In this document: positions 38,966 through 52,749 of the stretch, one piece after another
Layout: each line of letters begins with the position of its first letter
Position numbering within the stretch: the first letter of the stretch is position 1
Source of the DNA: Trichoplax sp. H2
Lineage: Eukaryota
NCBI GenBank assembly: GCA_003344405.1
Contig: NOWV01000015.1
Coordinates: 310,001-374,000, forward strand
DNA: 64,000 nucleotides
Direction of reading: 5' to 3'
The notes under the pieces: generated by a model
What the model was told of the DNA's origin: nothing
The model's database searches: none
Seen by the model: only the letters and a program-made list of their open reading frames with translations
Program-made: the position numbers and the translations under genes

Positions 38966-41900
38966 CTAGTATGGAAAGAAATTGAAGTCATCCAAAGCCT
39001 CTAAGGCTTCATTGATATCTACCTTGTCTTCTACAATTAGTTTTTTCTTCGTTTGGAAACATGATAATCCTTTTTTAATCTAGTGGAAGAAATTGACACT
39101 TGGATCTTAGAAGTTCTACAGTTAATAGCAAATGTTTGATATTATTCATAAATTTCTACTTGTATACTTGCATCAGTTCACCTACTTGTTTATCCAGGAT
39201 GCAATAAAATAGAAGTACAAGAAAATTCAGCAAGCAGTTTAAAGCAACAAAGACAAAACCACTAACAGTGTGATTGTACGAAATGAAGTTGCAGAAAAAT
39301 AACCATGTTAACAGAATAATAATCATCATGGTTGCAATCTCGTACTCTTGGACCCTCAATCTAATTCGTGAATATAATGTAAGAGCTTAGTAATAATCGA
39401 TTTAGTAATCAAAATGTTCTTACCAATATCGATAAATATATAATTGCTATATCATAATTTACATACTTTCGAGCTCTATGCTCTTCAGCATTGAACGCGT
39501 GAAATTCTTTGCTATCTTCCCCGTCTTTACAACACCAATCTTTAATTTTTAATTCCTTCAATTCATCCTGAGTACTGTACATCAAGAATGGAAGAGAAAT
39601 CTAGGTAATGTCAAGTTAATAATAGGTGATTAATTGTGTTAGCATTTCTGGTTAGTTTCTCAAAAGCAAAATAATACTTACTACCACTATAGCTGGCAAT
39701 GGAATCACAAAATAAAAGTTATTGATGCCATGCAGCCAACACCTGTTATAAATAAATAACAATGTTGCAGTTCTACTTCGTATCATTACGAATTTTTATA
39801 CAGTCATAATATTTTAGACATAATAGAAATGAAACAATTACAACAACTAGATAATTTAACTGACATATTTTGACCAAAAACTTTTAAAGTTGGGTGATAT
39901 ATCCATGGATCCACCAGCGAGGCAACAGTAATCGGTACGGTAGGAAGTACTGATATTAAGAAGAGGGAAATGATTAACGTCGTAAAAACAGCATACAATG
40001 TACTAATATTCGGGATTCCATTCCATCTAATGTCAGAAATTGATACATCAGCTCGATAGTATTAGTTATTGTCACTTATAAATTTAAATCTTGTTGAATC
40101 GTGATCTTACTCTATCCAAGGTCTAAACTAAATTAAGTCATAAATGACATGCGAGTATAATAATTTCTTTCTACGAGCAATTACATTGAAATTCTTGCCA
40201 ATACGAATGGATGAATCTTACAAATACTGAATCACATTAAAGTTTAAATTAATTAAGAATCATATCTAGATAACATACTCCATCCAATAAGGAAGTAGGT
40301 AAAGATCCACATTCTGCTATCATTTGCATTCTTGTTCTTTCGGTGACGATATTGGTGAAGGCATTGAACAAACATGCACGTAAAACAAGCCAGAATCATA
40401 TAATGTAGAACTATGCCTTTAGCAATGCACAGTGGCTAATATCGATAGATAAAAAATTAACAAAAACATTAGTTCGACTTCTATAATAACAGGAATTAAA
40501 ATAACATTTAAGAGACCATTCTAACTTGAGGATAACGCAGGGAAATACGAAGATATTCAAATTACTTCCGAATACAGGCAAAAATTAAAACTAATAAAAC
40601 TATTTTTATTGCCAGTAAAGACTAAATTTCAACTTAAATTATAGTTCATTATGCGATATCTTACTTACAGATTTTTCTTTAGCTGGTAGAAATGGAATAA
40701 CCACAGCAATCATCACATCGGTGAGAATGACTGCTATAGCTATATTACATCGAACTTTCCATTTCATTGTAAGCGAGACGCTAAGCATAAAGTGTTGTTG
40801 TAAAAAAATTGGTCATTTGGAAGAAATTATGCAGTTGCAAGCAAGCAATACATTCCTAACATGATTTGTATTCATTATTACGATTACTTGCAATCGTTAA
40901 TTACAGCCGATTTCAAAAAATTAAATCGTAAACACACAGTAATAATAGTATTGATTAATTGTTTATGCACGTCAAGGTATGGAAGATCACAATTGAACTG
41001 GTCACTAAGGTAAATGACGTTTAAAATACCCTGATCGTGATGGAGAGATTTGTAAGCATACTTTCATTCTTACAAGAATTTACAACATTATGTATGATAT
41101 CAATATCAATCTAGCTGGAATTAGATTAGATCAACTGTTGCACATAACATAATATCATATTCAGTTTGCTATTACTATTTAGACTTACTATAACAAAATT
41201 ATTAATACGAGTTGAATCTATAAAATATTTCTAAGCTAATTTTAATCGTGTAATTTAAAACTCATAAAATTAAAACTTCATGATCAGTGTATGTGTATCA
41301 ATATAATTATCGACGTTAAATTGCTGTCAGTCTTGTGCTGTTAAAATTATTTATTTTGCGAAGAGGCTAAACTCTCAACAAAACCTACTAAGTTACTAAA
41401 CTATTATAATGAAAATATTAATACCGGTATAATCGTTTAAATATTTCGAAGCTAATTCTAAACGTGTTATTTCAAATCCATAGAATTAAAAAATCCATGA
41501 TCAGCGAAGATACGTCAATATTATATCGACCTTAAATTATAGCCAGTCTTATGCTGCTACTGTTAATCAATTCGTGAAGAAAGCTAAAAGCTCTCAATAA
41601 AATCTATAAGTTACCAGTCCTGATAGACTGCTAACTACGACTTGTAATAAATAATACTACCTTAATTAAGCTAAGGTGTTATATCATGCAGAACTTCTCT
41701 ATACAGAAACATAATTGCACAAATCACTTGTTTCTCAAATTAAGTGCTTAAAATTAGCGGATTCGTATTATGTAATTACTAGATGTAGTGTCATTAAAAA
41801 GAAATTATTAAATACCAATTGTTATTTTTTAACTCAAAATTATGGAATGCATTCTTTTACCTCGCTGCTATAACAAAGCCCCAAGTCAACAAAATAAAAG

Positions 41901-44900
41901 TAATGGAGATCCAACCCATAGCTATATTAAACCATTGAAATAATAATGGTTTCGAATTATAATTGATATCATACTTCTTCATATTAGTTTCATTATTTTC
42001 CTAAATTGAAGACATAAACCAATGGGCAAGTTATTAACTTTATTCTGAGTAAATAATAATTAAAAAGAATGATATTTTAGAAATATTAAAGCTCGATCCT
42101 GTGAGCTTACCTTGACTTTATGACCTATATTTTAAAATAAAAAATGGTATCGCATTGTTAAACATTTACTTTTACGGACTTAAACGCCTATAATTCTATT
42201 CTTTATACCTGTATTCTATTTAGTAAATTGGCAAAGTAGATGCAAAGTAAATCAAGACATATTTATTCCCTATTTGAATGTTTAATGATTTTGGACATTG
42301 TTCAATTTCATTCAATCTGATATAATAATTTATTGAGTTATATCCAAGCGTTTGATACTTTAGTACGTTCCAAAGGTAGGTATGGAACCCTATCGGTTCT
42401 GAAGCTATAATATTATAGATTATTTGAAAGAAAGATAATACGATACTTTTGCAACTTCTAAATTTAGTTATGGTATCCTATCGGTACTAAAACTATAACA
42501 TCATAGGTCATTTGAAAGAAAAAAGATACTAATTTTTTAATTCTTAGTTTATTAGTGTAAAACACAGTTATCCAGTAGTACAACTAAAATATAATTTCTT
42601 TAGAAAGCATGACTCGGTGATTATTGGCATCATTTCTGCGCCTACTAACGTACTCATACGTGAGTCTGCATCATTTTAAAGATTTCTTGGCTAATTCAAT
42701 TTTATTAGCGTGCAATTTGCCTTGTTTAATTTACTATCCACGAAGTAAGTTAATTCCAATCTTCTGATTTATATTAACCGTCGATTTCACATTGCGACAT
42801 TATTCAAAAAGCATTAATTGCATTCCAAAAGTAAAACAACTATACTTGAAGTGAAGCAAAACATATTTTTAAAAGTTAGCCTTAATGAAGTAGTACAATA
42901 CCGTATGAAGTTCGCCAGCACTGCTTAAGGGTTGATGCCTGCTCGTAGGTTTGACAGCAGATAATGTTATTTCCTATAAATTCTTTCAACACTTCCATTG
43001 CAGGTCTTATTGTTTGGGGCTGGAACAAAAAAATATAAACATGTTTCATTTGCATATTATTCTATCCTACTCATAGTGATATTTATTAACTAATTTAGAT
43101 ATATTCTTATAGTCATTTTAATCTCTCGTGATTTATACCTAATTAAATAATATATATAAGTTATTAGCATAAATATAATCTTAAGAATATTCAGATAAAA
43201 ATACAACCCATTCAATTATTAATACCTTTCGCTAATAATCCCACAACTTTTTACAGTAGAAAGTACTGATGACTATATTTCATTTAGAGCCTTGGTCTTA
43301 CCTTATTACCGCAAGACGTTACGTTGGCGACTTTATAAGCAGCTTGATACAAACACTGTTAATCCAAAATGGATCAAATTAGGTGACTGATAAAAATTAT
43401 AGATCTGATTCCGATTTAAGTTATAACTTTTACCTATCAATATAAACTATTATTAACCATATTAAACCTATTTTATTACAAAAAACACAAACGCTACGTA
43501 AAATAATTTTGAAAATTCATATCACAGGAAATGGTGCCGATAGATTCTTAGTAAACCGCCGATAAAATAGAGCAAAAGCCAATGTTTTGCGATATAAACT
43601 TGATTAAACATAAGCTAAATATTTATAATCTGGGCTAAGAAAATCCTACTAAAGCTGCAATTTTTGATTAAAATACTTTGGAATTTTTTAAGGCTTGAAA
43701 AATATTTACGATCAAAAATGCTTTTAAATATATCGGCAAACCTGAGCTATCCAATGCCCATTATGTTCTAATTCTTGGAAAGTGGAAATAAAAACTTCAT
43801 ACAAACTCTCAATAATTCCAAGGACATCACTAACATAAACTGCTACTTTATGAGAAGATTCGAAAGCTTCCTGATAAAATTGACTCATCAAAATTTCATC
43901 GATATCCATAGAAGCCAGCAGTAAGTCGTATTCATCAAAGAAGCGAGAAAAATTCTGTAAAGAAAGACAACAAATCACAATAACTAAAGGCGATATTGGC
44001 TGTTGATAATAGTAGATCGCTATTGATGTAAAAAGAAAAAACTAGGCATTAGATCAGTAGCCCAAGCTTAAGCTAAGTAGATGATTAAATTAAGTATGAA
44101 ATTTCAGAACGTTGAAACAAAGTGATTAATAGGCTAATACTCAAAGTATTATTTGTTAAAAGTGACCATAACCGCACAAGAAACTTGCTCGACTCCAAAC
44201 AAGAAAAATAGTAGCAGTAAAAGTTAGTTATCACCGTTATTCAACTTTGACATTCGGTATTTTATGTCAATAGATGAATAAATGAATACGAAATAAAAAA
44301 TTAAGTTGCTAGAAAGATAATAATAACATTCGTATTGATTTCTTCCCAAAGCTTTAGTGTATTTACATGCAGGTTTACTTTAGCATCTTAAATCGTTTTA
44401 TAATTAATGTAATATGTTAAATAGAAAATAATCCATTATAAAATAGATGCTTTAAAATTTTCTGCTAAATTTTAGCCCTGCACCTATTCCCGAGTCATGA
44501 AAGCGAATGAAGTGGCTGTAAATTACTTTTATTATCCGCAAAATGACTTTCTTAGCTTAAAGAAGCTACTATATTTCAAGGCATTATAAAAACTGCAACC
44601 CAAAATCTACGTCTCAACTCATAAAGAAAACCTAAGTTTTATTACTAGTTGGCTTGTTTAAGTGTCGTATCATCTAAAGGATAATAGGCTTTACGCTTCT
44701 TTAATGCATACTAACAGCAAGATTCTTGCTGAAATACATTAAATCACATATGGATAGGGTAGTTAACAAACTGAAACATGGTAATATCACAGTTCTTTGC
44801 TCCTGTACACTCTTACAAGTATATTTGAGAGCTAATTTGAAGTATTTAGATATCGTTTGAAAATATCTTGAGAATTACTTTACCAATAATATTACTCGTT

Positions 44901-47900
44901 ATATTGCTTCAATATATTACAAGCTTAAAATGAAACATTCTGTCGCAACTATAAATGCATAGTTACAAGAAATATATAGCAATAAAGTGTAAGGCTAGCA
45001 AAACTGTTGGCATAATTAATTTATGAAGCAGCTCATGACTATCTAATAATCCCAAAATAAGCTTTCTAATCTCCATGGCAATCGGTCTTTTTCACTAATG
45101 GCGACCAATAAATTTTAAATCAGACCATGAAGCTATATGAAATAGAAGTACTATTTATTATTTAATTACGATTGCCAATACATGACCAATTAAATTTTGA
45201 TTTTCCCTATTGTTAAATATGGATACCTCTCATACATGATGGCTATAGCGATAAATATTTGTCAAATTTAAAGACGAAAATATGTACGAGTATTTGTTAA
45301 ATCCCTTGTTAAGGACATTCTTTATTTTAATAAAAACAAAATCAAGGCCTATTGTAAATATATAATAGAAATTTTAGACGGTAGAATTATACCAGAAATG
45401 AAAAATTAATAGGCTTCTAAATAGTTTTAAAATGAGATCCCCATTCGTCTTTTCATAGAACAAATAAAACCCACAAAATCTAATTTTGACATCACTTTGA
45501 TACCAAAGGCTTTTAATTTGTCAAGTGACAATCAAACAGAAAGTATCCGGAATAATTTTAAAAGACGATGATTTATGTCACTCTATTTCTGGATACTGAT
45601 GACTTTTGAATCAGACAGCAGATGTTACCAGGATAATAGACTTATATTTAATCTAATTAATTTTTTACTTATATGTTGCAATAAATAAATATTAAAATAT
45701 ATTACCACGATTACAGGCAGGCCGTCAAAGTTTATTTAAATGAATCTTTTCGATTAATCAACACAATTACGATAGCTATTTATGGATATCTTTCCCAGAA
45801 TATACTATTTCACTCTGAATAAGTTAGATCATTCGAAACTATTTTAATAAGACAAATAAACATTTCATCATATATTTATTGCTGAGAAAAAATGTGTAAG
45901 AGTTAAAATCACCTCACGTAGGGTGAATTTTCCCATTTATATTGAAAAGATCTAATTTGGCTGCAGAGATCTGAAGTCTTTCAAATACAATCAGAGGCGT
46001 ATCACTTAATTCATAAAATATTGCCTCCATCTTAACAAATTTATTAAATATTATATCTTTCGAATTTAAATAACTTTCTATATTCTAGCAGTTTAGCTAT
46101 CAAATCTTTCGTGCTTGAAATCTCGAAATCGCTCTCGATGTATTCTATACCACATGCACATAATTATCGAAAGCAGGGCATTTTATTCGAAAGCAGCTGT
46201 TACAAAAATTAGGCATAGAAAGTATAAGCATTCAGTAGCAATTCAGACCATTATTTAGACAAAAAATTACCGAAAATTAAATTTAAAACGAAAGAAGGTG
46301 AAAATGACTGTTCTCAGATATTTAGATCATTGTATGGTATTCCCAAGTATAAGTACTGGTAAATTATTAGCTAGACTAGTAAGATGTGGCATGAAAGCAT
46401 GAGACTATTTATTCAATACATGCAGGCCACTGTAAAACAAGTTATCCCATTATCTGACCGTTATGGTACTAAATTCAAGTACAAAAACTTCCAAATACCA
46501 ATCTTTACTTTCATATAAAGCCTATCTATCTAAATTTTCTAATTACTAAAATTTAACAGGCCACTTAATATCGATATAAGTCTACAGTAAATATTAGCAC
46601 TCAGTTAAAAATAGTATGTCGTTAAAATGCGACAAGTATATTACAAAATCTTATTTTTTAACCTACAAACGAACCCTATCTACGTAAATTTTCTAATTAT
46701 TAACTTTTAATCGACATTAAATACCAGCATAAGTCTATCGTCGATATTAGTGCGCACTTAGGTGCATATAGTTAAGATAAAACAAGTACAGTATTAAGTC
46801 TTAATTTTCAAACTTCATATGTAGCCTAGCTATCTAAATTTTCTAATTATTACACTTAATATAACACTAAATAACGACATAAGTTTATAGGTCAATATTA
46901 GCACTCAGTTAAGGGTAGGATATTATTAAAATCTTAATTTATAAATCTATTCAAATTAACTAGCATGAGGTAATTGATGGACGTGTAATGATTAAATCAA
47001 GACCTATAATCCAACTAAGTTGCATGATAAATTTATTTGGAGACTAAAATACCCGCTTTGAGTAATAGCTGATCGCAGGAGATTTATCGGCTGATGGTTG
47101 AATAAAACTGTAATATAAGGTATATAAGATTTGCATATTATACACTAAACCATTTACAGTACGGTGCTTTTAAAAATTCTTGCATTAAGAAACTGATTTC
47201 TTAATTTTATGCTATTTATCCAAAGTTCAAGAAGCGTGTCATCTAGCAATAAAACTAAAATGAGGGTCAAATCATATATACCAGTTAAATATACCAAAAT
47301 TTTAAAATATGATCATTTCTGTCACGCGGTTACCAGCAATTCTGATGTACTTTTCTTAGCGTATGATTTATTCATCTCTTTGTTAATAAACCACATTCCT
47401 ACTGTGAAACAGGCTATCTACCCGTAAGTTAGTTAACTAGAGGTATTTAATAAAGCTAATATCTATCAAATTAGAATTAAAATGTGGTCTTTAAGTTATT
47501 TTACCACTATTACTAAAACCTTCTCCTACAGATAGGCTCCATATAACTCATCACTTACAGCAATTCTAGCTTCAATCTGAGTAACTTCTGGACTGCGGCA
47601 GTGACAAAGATCAAAATCAGAATTATTTAACCAACGCCTGATAAGACTATGATTTGGTTGACAAGGCTGCTTGGATAAGCCACATACTATTCAAAGCGGA
47701 CAAAGCTATCATCACAATTTAATCCTATCCATTTTATATTTTAAAGTATAAAATATGCAATTTGGTAGAAGACTGTTACAAGTCAATCTGTTCTAAATTT
47801 ATGAAGCTTCCATTTTACTATCTGCTTTAACCGATTACTATTTCATTTACGATTATTTTTCCAGGTACACCTATTATAAAAAATTTGCTATTTGAAAGAA

Positions 47901-47981
47901 ATACAGAAAGTTCTTACCCGACACAAATACGCAACAGATACTCAACAGTATCCACCAGTCTATTTTCAAACCCTTAGCCAT
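38966..47981 (-). CDS. Family-B (secretin/adhesion-like) 7TM GPCR with signal peptide and a short Cys-containing ectodomain
   Basis: Phase-consistent exon chain (internal coordinates approximate): 47981-47918 (MAKGLKIDWWILLSICCVFVS, signal peptide), 47686-47559, 45977-45918, 43955-43742, 43355-43302, 43020-42902, microexon 42124-42111, 42000-41861 (TM1), 40780-40669 (TM2), 40435-40279 (TM3 LCIAKGIVLHYMILACFTCMFVQ; TYFLIGW), 39950-39866 (LPTVP), 39742-39682 (CWL, TM5), 39600-39467, 39360-39186 (TM6/7 FVFVALNCLLNFLVLLFYCILDKQ) and 39079-38966 (stop). Confidence 0.8.
41223..41615. repeat. Diverged intronic tandem duplication, period about 215 bp
   Basis: aaatatttctaagctaattttaatcgtg...catgatcag...cagtcttgtgctg...ctctcaacaaaacc at 41223 recurs as aaatatttcgaagctaattctaaacgtg...catgatcag...cagtcttatgctg...ctctcaataaaatc at 41439. 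Confidence 0.8.
42380..42540. repeat. Diverged tandem repeat, two units of about 90 bp
   Basis: tatggaaccctatcggttctgaagctataatattatagattatttgaaagaaa versus tatggtatcctatcggtactaaaactataacatcataggtcatttgaaagaaa. Confidence 0.7.
46500..46940. repeat. Diverged minisatellite, three units of about 152 bp
   Basis: taaattttctaatta occurs at about 46531, 46685 and 46835, each followed by similar ataagtcta/ataagttta and atattag(ca/tg)c segments. Confidence 0.8.
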
Positions 47982-50900
47982 TTTAATCCTTTTCGGAAAG
48001 AGCGGTGGAAAATAATTAGACTTGCAGGCTAATTTAAAGTAATATATTGCTTAGTTATACTAATTAAGGCAAAGAAGGAATACTTTTCTACGCTGGAATG
48101 AAGTATCTCAATGTGACAAAATGGGCAATATAAAGAATCTGCATCCATATATATATTTATGTTCTAATTAGAGAATAATATAACGGAATTAGATCGCTTA
48201 ATCTAATTAAAGCCAAAATAGAAAAGCTAGTTAGAATAAAGCGAAATAAACGTACGCATAGCTACAGTATTCAATATGTTGAATGCAAATCAAAGCTTTG
48301 TTATTGCTATTCTTATTATTTGGCACGATTATTGCTTTAAGATGAAGGCAAAATTTTTTGATTAATAGTTTCAGTGAATATTCATAGCCGCGATTTATAG
48401 AGCCGATTAATTGAAGAGTATTGTTTGAAATATTAAAATATAGATCCAATTTATTCTCTAAATGATGGAAAACCAAAATATCTTTCATATGAGTGATTTA
48501 TTCTTAATTACTAATTCATTTCCTATCAAACAATTTTTACGAATGAAAATTCCTGTTTTTGTATTGCTTACTACTTAATCTGCTAATTAAATTTAAGATA
48601 AAAAATATATTAAATTATTAAGCTCGTAATAAAAGCATATGTGCGTAGTGTAATAATTGTGACTATTTCGTTAGCTTAGACTTTGCTCTTAAGCTCCTGC
48701 TATTTGATTTAGTTTCTGCAGTTTCAGATTAATCTCAGTCTTCTAAATCCTAAACTGTTATATAATTAAAGCAATAATTTATATCGTAATGTTCTCAATA
48801 TTTAAGCTACATTCTTTATTATAATCTATCGTAATCAACTCAATGAATAAAGTATACGGTAAATCATTGTATCGCACATGATTAAGCTAATTGTTTGGGG
48901 TATATTTCATTCGAATCTCTAGCTGAAATACTTTGACAGCTAGCCCAACTCAGTTATTATTGAATACTCTGAGCTGCAAGACAATATTTGCTTTATTTTA
49001 TTTCAGAATAAGTTAATATATTTGATTAAGCTATTACTACAAAGGTATCAAATTTCGCTATATGTGTTCTAATTGTTTACCTCCTCATAAAAGGTGAAAA
49101 GAAGAGCAATTTTCCATAAAATCTTATGATCGAAACTATTGTGCGAAGCCTTGTAATCCTGCCTCACTGCAACAGTAAATCGTAACAGAATGATAGATGT
49201 AAATTAAATCAGCAGATCAATTTTTAAGTGACCGAAAAGCAAGTAATAAAAAATTCTATGATTTAATTCTCATGTTAACGACTAATAACAAATCAAGAAT
49301 GTAACCGTCTCTGCCGGATTTTAATTAATAATCAATAAATAGCTAGAATAGAACTATTATCTGAAATAGTTGCTGCATTTTACCTCAACGACTGTTGGCG
49401 AGCCAATATATAAATTTTGACCCTTTATGAGACTGGATAGCATTGTTGCAATTACATATTATTATGACTTAATCTTGTCTATTAATAAAGGTTAATCGAC
49501 TTTACAATTGATATAGGTACTGTAATTAGCCTATTATCCATTTTAAATTAAAGCTGAATCAAAAAAATTAGCCGCTACTTTTAATTATACGTAAGAAGTG
49601 TAAATAACATGAATCTTTAAATAGATTGTTTCATCAAAAATGACATGCAAAGATCGACTAAAATTATGGACTAGCGAAATGTTTTCGTTTAAGAATTTTG
49701 AAATAACTTGAATCATTTTCTTGCTACCACAGCAATTACACTAAAAATACCTTACATATATTCTTTTAACCTTTAACAAATCTAATAATTTATCAAATAG
49801 AACAAAGATGAATTTAATCAGCCCAATGGTTCAATAATTAGATAGCATAATATTTATCAATACACAGTAAAAGGTTTATAATGGAGCCTATACTTATTGT
49901 CAAGTTAGAAAAATCATGTCGAATAAATAGGTATTAATTAGTAGATAAGTAATAAAAGCAATATTATTGTCAACTAATTGATTGCTATTTTAATTAAGTT
50001 CACGTAGTTCATAATAGTACGAACATATAGCTTAGAAAAAGTTGTAGAATACACCATTACTAGTTTCTAAAAGTAATTTGTACGATGATAATAATTATTT
50101 AATTCCTAAATTTGAACGTATTTTATTTAAAGTAATAAATTTTATAGCACTCAAATAAACCTTGATCGCTAGCACCGAGTCCTACGTAAAATCATTAACT
50201 TTAGATCAAGTTTTATAAATAGAAAGGCTACAGAATAGGAATGTTAAAATTATATTCGCATAACTAATTATAATGTTCATCCGTAAAAATGGTCTACAGT
50301 AATTTTAAATAATTTCTCTAATATTCTTCTCGCGAATCACTGCCTGCGATAGTACGGCCATAAGACAGGCTACTCTGCCTCATGTTGCATAGAGACTTTA
50401 ATTCTGGTGGAATGGTTGTGATATATACCAATCACGAGATTCCAAATTTTAGAAAAATAAGGGCTTTATTCAATCTTATACAAAGATTAACTACATACAG
50501 CTCTACTCTAGCCGAATACTACTACTAAAGACAATAATCTAAAGTTGCATGCTTTTATACTTTCCGTAGCATTCGCAGCTACAATCCGCGCGGCAACCTT
50601 TTACCTTATTTTACACATAGTTAAATTATTCTTAGTAAGACTATTCTACTGCGGACCATCATTAATCCAATATGGATACGACTACAGTACTTACGTAGAC
50701 ATTATTCACACCAGCCAAAGTGCAATGAATTAACCATATCCTAATATATGATTTACAGTTCTATTTTTAACTATAGCCTTATTAGTAATTCAACACCTTA
50801 CTGTATATAGTCATCTGTACTCTAGCATAGAGTCTATATCACTACAGTCTATAGTTATAGCTACTAAATATCTCTTAGGATAAATATCTACCGTACATTA

Positions 50901-52749
50901 TACAAAACATGGCTAACAGTCTACAATCACAATACTAGTTACATTACAATGGTATTATGGTGCAAGTGGTAACATAGAAATTACTTGTACTCCTTTTGGC
51001 TGTACTTGTTACTGATATCATATTCAGTCTGTAGCAATTATCAATGTAGGATACCCATTTAATAATGAAATATTCGTAACTACATCGGAAATGAAATTTT
51101 GCATTTGTAATATTGCAAAATGATTTAAAATCTAGCTCTACATAGATATATATATATATGTTTATGTGCCACAATCACCCTTGCGACACAAGAAAAGAAC
51201 TCAGTACTTATAATAAACTTTACGTTAATCCGTAAAACTACTTCTTCAGCCTATGGTATAGTAACTGGAATCCTTGCGAAGTACTAACTCGCTCAGCACG
51301 CTATACGATATAAAACTATCACACAACTTAGCCTTAACCTGAAAATCACTTTTTATTGATCACAGTCCTTCTTATATACTCTTTCAGTAGTTATAAACAT
51401 ACTTACTATGCTACCAACATATTTCAATAACAAACATGTTATTATTACGATTAAATTATCAAATACGGACATTCGAGGCAATAAACAATTTCATACGTAA
51501 ATCTACTTCGGCTGTAAGTCCTGTCAAGCTCCTATGTTCTCGATACTTACTTATAACATATTACAGTATCATCATTATATCATAATAACTTAGGGTATCA
51601 CTAACAACAATTTCTAAAGTAGTAGTTCATACTTCTTAAAAGTTGAAAACAAAATGTTATCATAAATTGCACATCCATATTTAAGTTGTTTTGATGACTG
51701 TGACATTATGAAATGGAATTTTTAAGGGCGAAATACCGGTATTATTGGATTTCTGTCGCATGTGCAATTGAGTATCTCACATTTATGTATGATATAGCTA
51801 AAGTGTCACATAAATAGCGCTTATTACGATAATTTGAGAAGATATGATAGTTCTGTTAACAGCAAATGAGGTAATGTAAGTACCTTATAAACACTGATAC
51901 ATTATAAATGAGGATTACCATAATATTCTAATCTCAAATACGATAAAACCACTGAATACAGTAAAAATATAAAATAACGGTTGTCTTAGTTATGGACTTG
52001 AAAAAAACAATTTGAAATCAATATACATTAATACTATATCACAGAAATCCTGCTACCTTACGTTAGATTAATGAGCGATAGATAAAAAATTAACATCAAG
52101 AAAAGAAGCTTATAAGCATGCAATATTTATTGGCTATAATATCATTTGTGTACTACAATCAGTCAACCATTACACTTGTATTATTATACAGTTAGGATAA
52201 ATAATTTTAAATAAATAGAATCTATTTTGATTTTGAATAGCCCTATATTTTTCTTAATTATCACTAAAATCTTTGATGACGTAAGCTCCAAATGACTAAG
52301 TGAATTTAGACAATTTCCTAATACTATCTGGTAAAATGAGTCAGTAAAGCTTTTCTAACGTACGGATCTCTATTAGTATTTCATATTACTCAAATTTTTA
52401 ATTCTTAAGATAGAAATTTTAATAATAAATTATCGTTAATACAGTAAACTCGGTCGCAAAATTAAATTTAAATCCGCGCTATTCTAACAGATTTTTATTG
52501 TAATATAGTAATCTAATGGTTTGAATACTTAGCGAGGAATGTCATAGTTCTTGCTCGGATCTATAATAACTTGATTAAACTAAATGTTGGTTTCCTCTGT
52601 ACACTTGGCACGATTCCACTTTTTATCTAAACTACTTCGGATCTAACATTAAAATAAAAAATGGACTCAAATTATTATTAATAAACGTTTGGACTCACTG
52701 CACAGCTTGAATACTATGATTGGTTACTAAAACAGTAGGCTCATGAGTG

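Noticed and set aside
46500-46940. Regularly spaced repeats as a CRISPR-like array
   Set aside because: The whole ~152-bp unit is similar between copies with no unique spacers. It is an ordinary intronic minisatellite in a eukaryote.
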